Positions 48,482 through 57,172 of a DNA stretch of 64,000 nt are shown one piece after another. The DNA is from Zancudomyces culisetae HAW-14-8 (taxonomy: Eukaryota > Fungi > Kickxellomycota): the NCBI GenBank assembly GCA_052426225.1, contig JBNJNM010000021.1, positions 1,860,001 through 1,924,000 on the forward strand, given 5' to 3'. The notes beneath the pieces are model-generated. The model was not told where the DNA came from and did no database searches. It was given only the letters and a program-made list of their open reading frames with translations. Both the position numbers and the translations under genes were made by a program. Numbering within the stretch: the stretch's first letter is position 1; the number at the start of each line of letters is the position of its first letter.

Positions 48482-49099
48482 TATTTTTTTTTGTTAAAAA
48501 TTCCAAACCCTTACACCATCACGATTATTTTTTTTTTGATTAGAGTAGGATAATAAACCTAATGAATATATTTTACTTTGTAGTTTCTATCACTATCTTA
48601 TCTCTCTAATTATCCCACAAGATATCATTCAATTAATTCTTTCATGTAGCTTTCTTGATAACAGCACAAAATAGATCCAGTATTCCCCCCTTTCTTCCTG
48701 ACTTGAAAACCCTTGCAGTGTAAAGTGGTATTTATCAAATAAACCAATTCTTGTGCTAATCCTTCATATATCGCATATTTTCCGTATCTAAAACTCTTGT
48801 GATATTTGGTATAATTCTTCATTTTAGTGCACCCAGCAATGTGATTCAACGTTAATGCTAAATTGCTTTATTTGATTTGATTTCAGACAATCTAAAAGTA
48901 AAGAATAATATGTTTAGTTGAATGAAATGAAAACTTATTATTATTATGCGAACATCCAGATACAATTATGTGTGTACCAATCTTTATTATAAATCGAAAA
49001 TTCTTTCCTAGATACTATTTTTATCGATTAATCCATTACCTTAAAATTTGGTAAAAAATTAAATCTATAACAAGAGTGTTTAAATTTAGAAACTTTATA

Positions 49100-50661
49100 C
49101 AGTGAGTTTCAAAAATGTCTCAAAATATTGAAAATAATTTGCAAAGTGTAATATCTCGCTCAATAAAATCCAAAATTATATGTATTTTATATTATATAAT
49201 GCACAAATGTTATATTCAGATTATATAAAACTGTATTTTTATTGGTTAACAATTCATTATGAAATTATAAATTGAAAAATTTTTAAAAATGAGAAAATTT
49301 TGGGAATTAATCAAAAAAAAACTTTAAAATTCTGTCCACCTTCCTTTAGACTTATAAACTGCCTCAACTCTTTTGGACATACTATCTATAAGACCAAGTA
49401 TTGTTTCCACTGATATTAAATTCCATTCCGTTTCTATTCGCTCCCATAATTCGATCATCCCGGACGGAGGTTTACTGTATCTATTTAAGCGTCTTTTGAT
49501 GATTGCCCATATAGTTTCGAACGGGTTAAAGTCTGGAGATTGTGGCGGACAGTCCAATTATTATATTCCTGGTTTTCAAGCCAGCTGGTAACTAACTTTG
49601 CGGTATGTTTAGGATCATTGTCATGTTGAAATATTATTGACTTGGGATCCAACTTGTAGTACTTTATTGTATTGCTAAGCTCGTCTTTTAAAATGTTTAA
49701 ATAACCTTCCTTGTTAAACATTCCTTCTATTCGGCACATGTGGCCAGTTCCAAATGCTGTGATGCATCCCCAAATCATTAATGATCCTCCACCGTGTTTT
49801 ATGGTCTGGTTAATATTGTGCGGCTGTAGACTCATACCATCACGAACCCAAGTCCATTCATTTCCATCAGATCCAAATCGGTTGATTTTAGTTTTGTCGG
49901 ACAAATTACTCGCCTCCAATCATCAGTAGTCCTGTGACGATGAGATTTTACGAATCTCAGCTTTTTTGCAATATTTTTAAGGCTCAGTTTCGGTTAGGAG
50001 GTTTTTTTTATTGCAACGGCTTTTCGATCATTAAAAGCCCTATATATTGTAGACTTACTAGCACTAACAATGTTATCCATTTCTAACTTCTTTTGTATCG
50101 AAGTAGCAGATCGATACTCTCCAGATAATATCATCCTAGTACATATTCGCTTGCTTTGGGGCGAAAGCTTCGCTGGACGACCGCGATTATTAGCCGGTAA
50201 ATTGATATTCATTGATGCTTTAATTCTGTATATTGTTGCTTTACTAACTCCATTTTCTATAATGATTTGGTCAATGTTTCTGCCTTCAAGGATCGCGATT
50301 TTTATATCCAGTTTACGTTGTTCAGGTATCATTTTTTAAAAAGTATTATTTTTTATTAGTATAATGTTGTTATATATTTTAATATGTAAAAGTTATAAAA
50401 ATTTAAAATTTGAATTCATAAATTTATGATAGTTTAAATTTTTTTTTTGAAAAATTATCAAAATTGTCTCATATTTAAAATTTTTTCAATTAATAATTTC
50501 ATAATGATTTTTAACTTATATAAAAACAGTTTATATAAAAATTAATATAACATTTGTGCTTTATATAATATAAAAAACGTATAATTTCTGTATATTATTG
50601 AGCGAGATATTACACTTTGAACATTAATTTATATATTTTGAGACATTTTTGAAACTCACTG
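49100..50661 (-). mobile_element. Tc1/mariner (DD34E) DNA transposon with ~200-bp imperfect TIRs
   Basis: Ends CAGTGAGTTTCAAAAATGTCTCAAAATAT / ATATTTTGAGACATTTTTGAAACTCACTG. Left flank TA (49098-99), right flank AA (mutated TSD). The uninterrupted site TTTATA|CGTAATG is seen in the inverted copy near 56330. Confidence 0.93.
49324..50332 (-). pseudogene. Frameshifted Tc1 transposase
   Basis: Fragments: HTH with GRPAKLS, SDKTKINRFGSDG, KHGGGSLMIWGC, FQHDNDPKH and PPQSPDFNPFETIW. D-34-E spacing is restored across a 1-bp frameshift near 49558; further disruption at ~49920-49995. Confidence 0.92.
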
Positions 50662-50685
50662 AACGTAATGATGTGTGAATGACAG

Positions 50686-50806
50686 TGTCAGATAATTAAT
50701 TTATTTAAGTTGGGAAACTTAATGTTCCCAAGTTAGGATTCAAAGGTAATTAAATATGATTAAAAATAAATATTGAAACATATGGGTAAATAATGCGATT
50801 CTGACA
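50686..50806. mobile_element. 121-bp TG..CA insertion (mini solo-LTR-like or MITE) with 5-bp TSD
   Basis: TGTCAGA...TCTGACA flanked by GACAG (50681-85 and 50807-11). Absent from the inverted copy near 56305-56315. Confidence 0.8.
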
Positions 50807-51033
50807 GACAGACATCATCGTATAATTTATATAAAATAAGTAAACTAACTAAATTAAATAAATTTATACCATATATAAACTGATGTCCCCTGTTTCCTGA
50901 TGAATCTTTACCATCTTTTCTTTCGCTAGGTACTCAACCAGCTTATAAAAAATACATAGTATTTATAAAAGTCTATAGTTAAATTTTCAATAATGAGTCA
51001 AAATGCAAACGTTACATTTGAAGTTTTGCAACA

Positions 51034-51622
51034 TGTAAAGACTTGAATATTTAAGATTAAATTATTTATTACTATTAATTATTTAGAAAAATATGGTATT
51101 CAATAGTGCATAAGATATTTTTCTCTGAAGTTCTCTTTCGATGGATTTCGAAAGGGTTTTTATACTTTTACACCAGAGATTTTTCCATATAAAATTTTCT
51201 TAAGTAAAGTTGCTATCAAACTATAAATTTGACTATTAAACTTATGAGTAACAGATGTGATTAACTACCGTGATTTTAGTGTGTCAATGATTGCGTCATT
51301 CATGTTATTCTGACGATTCTTTGAATTATTAGTTTCGGAATTCTTTCTAGGTTTCTTATTTCCTAAAATGGTCTGTGAATATTATTATAACAAATTTCAT
51401 CACGAAATTCATTTTTTACTTGACTTGGTTAGATTAATTTAATAATTTGTACTTAGTTACATTTAATTAATTTGTACTTAGTTACATTTAATTAATTTGT
51501 ACTTAGTTACATTATAGTAATTTGTATATGGTTACAATTTCATATGTAACCTACTTGATTTGGTCATGGAGAATTATAATAAACATGAATTTATTTAATT
51601 TATTTTAAAACAATTCCTAACA
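51034..51622. mobile_element. 589-bp solo-LTR-like insertion in gag
   Basis: TGT...ACA termini with near-perfect 5-bp TSD CAACA (51029-33) / CAAAA (51623-27). The empty site GCAACA|GATTTTGG is present in the inverted copy near 56085. Confidence 0.8.
51443..51540 (+). repeat. ~4 copies of a 25-bp tandem repeat (TAATTTGTACTTAGTTACATTTAAT)
   Basis: Two identical units and two degenerate units, inside the 589-bp insertion. Confidence 0.85.
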
Positions 51623-52481
51623 CAAAAGATTTTGGTGAGATTATCAGCTCTTGAAAAACAAACCGCACCAAATGATCACATGTCAGTATCAGAAATCAGT
51701 GATTCAGCAAACATCACTGCTCCATCAATCGTTGATGCAGTCGACGATGATTCAGTTGAAAACTTCGTGGTTCCCAGACCAACACCATCAGACCTGGTCA
51801 TGTATCCAAAACTGCAAAAGGCGCTACCAACAGTTGAACAGGATTTCTTTTGGACACCACTGGCAGATGTCGAACGCAAGAAGTTTTACGCAGCCATCCC
51901 AAGAAACGCTGGATGGATTATGAACCACCAGAGGAAAACATCAAGTTATCAGGTGACAATAAACGTACTGATGCGATGTTATATGACATCCAGTACCGTT
52001 TATCAGCCGTTACAAGACCTTTGGATTACTTTATGCACGAAGCAATCCGTGACGGAGGTGCAGTCAGTGCCGAAAAACTTGCAGTTTTTATCAACTCAAT
52101 CAGAGTTTTACTTGCGGATGTTGCATCCAATATCACGCAACAAAGAATCAAACTGTCGTACAAAGCCTCAGGAGTACCATCAGATCCTCCAGAAATGGTT
52201 TCAACATCAAGGAAGCCTCTCGTGGACATACAGCAGATGCTCGAAGTTAAAGCAGCTGCAAATACATTGCAGCGTGCAACAAAAAACGTGCAGCAGAGAA
52301 GACCAAGATTCAACGCAACCAGGACCTTCCCAAGCATTCCGTTTCAGCCATCAGTTAACCAGAATGTTTAAGCAGAGCCGCAGCAGATCCAACAACAACG
52401 ACAACACAAATCCGCTGCTACTGGCGGTAATTTTCGGTTTGCAAACAGCAGCAAACACCGAAAGTAGGAGGGAGACTGAGG

Positions 52482-54251
52482 ATGTTCCAGGAGGCTTGGA
52501 TGCGCCTCACAGATCACAAATGGATACTCCAAGTGAACTCAGAAGGGTTCAGAATTCCCTTCAAAACGCATCCACCGACGGTCAAGCAGAAAAAACCGTT
52601 AGGTTACAACTTGAAAAAGCTTCCAGAAAAAGTGGTCGAACAGGAGATAGCAAACCTCCTGTCAAAGAAAGCAATAGAGGAAGCTTCATCCGCGCAGCCA
52701 GGGTTCTACTCAAATCCGTTTACAATCCCAAAGAAGAACGGAGGCACGCGGATGGTACTGAATTTAAGACCGTTAAATCAGTACATCCCACAGCGACATT
52801 TCAAGATGGAGTCGCTCACAACTATCTCCAGAATGATCCGCAAAGGGGATTATATGACCAGCATAGACCTCAGCGATGCATTTCTACACGTATTGATCAA
52901 CAAAACGTCCAGAAAGTATCTCAGGTTTACATGGGGCGGTCGCACCTACCAGTACAAGGTGCTCCCATTTGGTCTATCTTTAAGCCCACTAGTATTCACA
53001 AAAATACTAAAACCAGTACTGAAATGGGCCAGAGCTCGCGGGATACGAATGTCGAGTTACTTAGACGATTTGTTAATCTTAGGATCAACAAAAACAGAGT
53101 GTCTAAAGTTCACAAACATGGTATCCAAGAAACTGGTGAAACTGGGATTCCTGATCAACCAGGAAAAGTCATCAATACATCCCAAACAATGTATTACGCA
53201 TCTTGGGATGGACATCAACAGCCGTCAGATGAGTTTCAAGATACCCAAACAGAAACTCAAAGATTTAGCGAGAGAGGCATCCAGGTTGATACACAAAGGG
53301 TGTACAACACTGAAGGATCTGGCATCATTCATTGGCAAAACGCAGGCAGTGAATATAGCACTCAGACCGGGACGACTGATGAGCAGGAGGTTGTTAGAGC
53401 TCAAAAACAACACGCTGAAACGCACCACGGATTGGAGTTCACAAGTAACACTGAATCAGCACGCACTGGACAATCTGACGTGGTGGAGGGACCATCTGAA
53501 GCAATGGAATGGTCTATGCTTCCTTCCGGAGATCCCAGAGATAGAAGTATATACGGATGCGAGCGACAATCACTGGGGGATAGTGATAGACAGCAATCAG
53601 TATACGGGGACATGGACACGACAACAGATGAAGCTCCCTATCAATGCGAAGGAATTATTAGCAATCCAGTATGCAGTGAATCTGATGGACATTTCGGAAG
53701 CAATTTGGAAACATTGCATCAGCAATGGCACTCGGGTTCAGATTCAGTATGTGCCATCAATACTGAATCCAGCGGATGCACCATCACGTTTAACAGCTCA
53801 AACAGAGTGGTCACTATCAGACAAGATGTTTCAGAAGATACAGAAACAGTTTGGTCCACACGATGTGGACATGTTTGCCAACAACAACAACCACAAACTA
53901 CCAACATTTGTGAGTTGGAAATGGACACCAGAAGCAGCGAAAACGAATGCATTCAATCTTCATTGGAGCATTTGGACGAATCCATACCTTTGTCCACCAT
54001 GGAATCTGATACAGAAAACACTACAGAAGATCAGACAGGACAAAGTATCAGCGACATTGATAACACCGTTTTGGAGGTCAGCACCATGGTATCCAGACCT
54101 CAAGAGCATGCTAATAGCTCCACCGATCAAGATATTAGCTCCACATATAATTCCGGATCCAAAAAGCGGAAAGCAAGTGACACAGATAAACAAAACATGG
54201 TCGCTTACGGCTTCGAAATTAAGCGCGCACGCCTTGAAAAAACGGGTTTAA
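52482..54251 (+). pseudogene. DIRS ORF2: reverse transcriptase - RNase H - methyltransferase-like domain; probably defective
   Basis: VGGRL lead-in upstream, HFKME, SIDLSDAFLHV, LPFGLSLSP, SYLDD, YTDASD, INAKELLAI, DVDMFA...YLCPPW...ITPFWRSAPWYPDL. The RNase H DN..T/GGT segment appears deleted in frame near 53680. Confidence 0.88.
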
Positions 54252-55213
54252 AAGATTCAGTTATCACGTTAATGACAACTGGTAAACGAAATATGGCAAA
54301 ACAAAAACTATATTACAACATCAAGGTAAAGTTTATTAAGTGGTTAGAGTCTGCAAAACTTGATGTTAATAACGTTTCAGTTGTTGATGTTATCAATTTC
54401 CTTGATGAACATCGTATTAGTAACAATTTAAAAGTTGGTACTATAAAAAACTACAAGTCAGCTATCATCGATATTAATGCAGATTGGCGAACATTTAGCA
54501 GCGATATTTTGATGATTGATTATTTAAAACAGCTCGATTCAACTTCAGTTCGATCTTTTAACAACCCTAACTACGATATTAATCCGATTATCGAACATAT
54601 TAAAAATTTTGGTTCAAATTTTAAAATGAGCAAGCAAAATTTAACAATTAAATTTTGTTGGTTGCTAGCAATTTGAGGATTTTTGAGACCTTCTGACATT
54701 GAACGAATCGATGATTCAAAGATGGAAATCAATAAAGATTATGTTAAATTTGTTATTGTTGGACCAAAAGAAAAGCGAAGTGGAAATCCGATTGAAAAGG
54801 TCAGTATAATCCACGCACATAGCGACTATAAATTATGTCCTGTAGTAACATACAGAGCATATAAAAAACGCATTGTAACTTTTCCGAGTGTTGCAAACCA
54901 TCCGATCCTCGATGGAGTACAATTGCACTACCTCATCCGCAACTTAAAGTATAACGACAAACACATTGGGGCACAACGAATCAGTAAACACATAAATTCA
55001 TTAATGTCACTCTTGCAGTTGCCAGAAAGCGCAAAGTTACCAAAAGCTCGAGCATTAGGATCTACTAGAGCTACAAAGCTAGGTGCGACATACGATGATG
55101 TTATTGCGCAAGGATTTTGGGCAAGTAAAGGTATATTTGATACTTATTATCAATTATCACGTAGAACTCGTGAAAATTTAACTCAATTTATCTTGAACTC
55201 TGAAGCTACATAA
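54197..55213 (+). pseudogene. DIRS tyrosine recombinase interrupted by one in-frame TGA (54674-76)
   Basis: WLLAI*GFLRPSD (catalytic Arg), GPKEKR, LCPV..Y, KARALGST, GFWAS, FDTYY (catalytic Tyr). The ORF-track pieces ending 54676 and starting 54683 share a frame. The true start is probably far upstream in the same open frame. Confidence 0.88.
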
Positions 55214-55303
55214 TTGAATCTGGAAAGTGAAGCATAATAATATGTTTAGTTGAATGAAATGAAAACTTATTATTATTATGCGAACATCCAGATACAATTA
55301 TGT
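55208..55303 (+). other. Internal circle-junction region (ICR) of the DIRS element
   Basis: 55208-55240 nearly matches the right terminus 56459-56492. 55236-55303 is identical to the left terminus 48904-48971. Bounded by a 17-bp imperfect inverted repeat. Confidence 0.88.
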
Positions 55304-55345
55304 CCCACCCAATTCCCACCCATACCTAGCTCAACGATGGTAAAG

Positions 55346-55757
55346 TGTCATGAACTGATTCTAGAATGTTCGAAAACGTTCTAGAATCATCTGATTTTAT
55401 TCCGCAGTAATGTTTAGAATGTTGGGGAACATTCTAGAACATTACCGAAAATTCACATTATTTCTTAATTTTTCTTACGTAATAATTTTCACATGTTTAG
55501 TTTTATTAGCATTCGAGTTTGATTTTTGTTTGATTACTAATCCAATTTGATTAGTAATCAAACACGTTTTACTTTAACTTGCATTTTTAGCTATTCCGCA
55601 GTTTTCATAGTGATTTTGTTCAAAAACCAAGGCTGGAAAAAAGTATAAAAAGGGTACAATTTTCCTGTCTTGGATTCAGTATCTAGTATCTTGTATACAT
55701 TCATACAATAAACTTTAATAATAATAAATATAACTCTCCTGACTCCAGATCTTGACA
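55346..55757 (+). mobile_element. 412-bp solo-LTR-like element without matching TSD
   Basis: TGTCATGA...TCTTGACA ends, TATAAAA at 55644, AATAAA at 55707 and several internal palindromes. Flanks TAAAG / CCTGA differ. Confidence 0.65.
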
Positions 55758-56492
55758 CCTGATAACTTGATGTTTTCCTCTGGTGGTTCATAATCCATGC
55801 CAGAGTTTCTTGGGATGGCTGCGTAAAACTTCTTGCGTTCGACATCTGCCAGTGGTGTCCAAAAGAAATCCTGTTCATTTGTTGGTAGCGCCTTTTGCAG
55901 TTTTGGATACATGACCAGGTCTGATGGTGTTGGTCTGGGAACCACGAAGTTTTCAACTGAATCATCGTCGACTGCATCAACGATTGATGGAGCAGTGATG
56001 TTTGCTGAATCACTGATTTCTGATACTGACATGTGATCATTTGGTGCGGTTTGTTTTTCAAGAGCTGATAATCTCTCCAAAATCTGTTGCAAAACTTCAA
56101 CTGTAACGTTTGCATTTTGACTCATTATTGAAAATTTAACTAATGACTTTTATAAATACTATGTATTTTTTATAAGCTGGTTGAGTACCTAGCGAAAGAA
56201 AAGATGGTAAAGATTCATCAGGAAACAGGGGACATCAGTTTATATATGGTTTAAATTTATTTTATTTAGTTAGTTTTACTTATTTTATAAAAATTATACA
56301 GTGATGTCTGTCATTACACACATCATTACGTATAAAGTTTCTAAATTGAAACACACTTGTTATAGATTTAATTTTTTACCAAATTTTAAGGTAATGGATT
56401 AATCGATAAAAATAGTATCTACTAAAGAATTTACGATTTAAATAAAAGATTGGTACACACATAATTGTATCTGGATAAGTGAAGCATAATAA
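55758..56492 (-). mobile_element. Second, uninterrupted 5' end of the DIRS element (terminal extension + ITR + first ~122 gag codons)
   Basis: Reverse complement of 48955-51955 with the three insertions removed. gag ATG at 56125, truncated at the 412-bp element. Confidence 0.9.
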
Positions 56493-56933
56493 AAAACATT
56501 ATATCCCTGTTAGTCTGTGTTTACAAGTTACGCGTTTTGTTTTGTTCTGTTTTGTCTTTTTTTTAGTAAAATATTACGTCTAACGGCTGTTTTTTTTAGT
56601 AGTATCTAACAGAAAAACAATAAATAAAAAATAGCGCAAGTAGGGTAAACGATAGAAAATTCACCAACACAAAATAGAATAGGAACTGCGTTGCTACTTT
56701 AATTTATGTATTCTTCTAACACTATAAAAAACAAATTATAAAAACACGATATACAACCAAATAAAGGAGATATTCTTCGGACATAAAGTGAAGTTTATTT
56801 ATAAAAATCATTAGACGTTGGTGTATAGAAATATATTATAATAAATTTCTACACTAAAAACCATCTGTGCGTCACAAAATTGTTTTATTTTGTTGAAACT
56901 GGCTCATATTTACCAATTTCTTTAACGTTTTCT

Positions 56934-57172
56934 TCACTTTGCTGGACTTTGATAAAGATCGATCAAGTCTTTGTCGTGTAGGTCATTTGCAACTTTCAAT
57001 ATTGATCCAATATGTCCACTTGTATCAGCACCATGTTTAATCAACAACTTTATCACCTCTAAATTTTTGTGATCAATAGCTTCTTTCAGTCCATAATCAC
57101 TTTTTAGTACCAAGTTTGAATTTCGTTCGAATAGTAGTTTCAACATTTATGAATTATTGTTTGAACAAGCCT
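56934..57172 (-). pseudogene. Ankyrin-repeat gene remnant
   Basis: ACSNNNS*MLKLLFERNSN...LKEAIDHKNLEVIKLLIKHGAD. In-frame stop upstream and no 5' part visible. Confidence 0.6.

Larger units (their letters stand above)
50993..52468 (+). pseudogene. DIRS gag-like ORF1, disrupted
   Basis: ATG 50993 (MSQNANV..., as at 56125 on -). Broken by the 589-bp insertion, a 1-bp deletion near 51912 (the intact copy reads RNSGMDYEPP) and a TAA at 52369-71. Contains the DAMLYDIQYRLSAVTRPLD block. Confidence 0.8.
48904..56492. mobile_element. Rearranged DIRS-type tyrosine-recombinase retrotransposon locus with nested insertions
   Basis: gag + RT/RNaseH/MT + YR on +. Inverted terminal repeats at 48955-50932 (interrupted) and 56186-56475. 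Internal region 55208-55303 reproduces both termini. AATAA at both outer ends (48904-48908, 56488-56492). Confidence 0.9.

Noticed and set aside
51443-51540. 25-bp repeats as a CRISPR-like array
   Set aside because: Head-to-tail tandem units without spacers, eukaryotic context and no cas genes.
51632-54676. 1014-aa ORF as a genuine gag-YR fusion protein
   Set aside because: It starts at a TTG next to an insertion boundary and crosses frames through a 1-bp deletion that is absent from the intact copy near 55800.
54674-54676. In-frame TGA in the YR as programmed readthrough or selenocysteine
   Set aside because: The element carries several other inactivating lesions, so a nonsense mutation from TGY is the simplest explanation. 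Sibling copies would settle it.
48904-55303. 68-bp direct repeat read as LTRs or as Ngaro/PAT split direct repeats
   Set aside because: No TG..CA ends or integrase. The ~290-bp inverted repeats, MT domain and junction-type internal region fit a DIRS1-type structure better.
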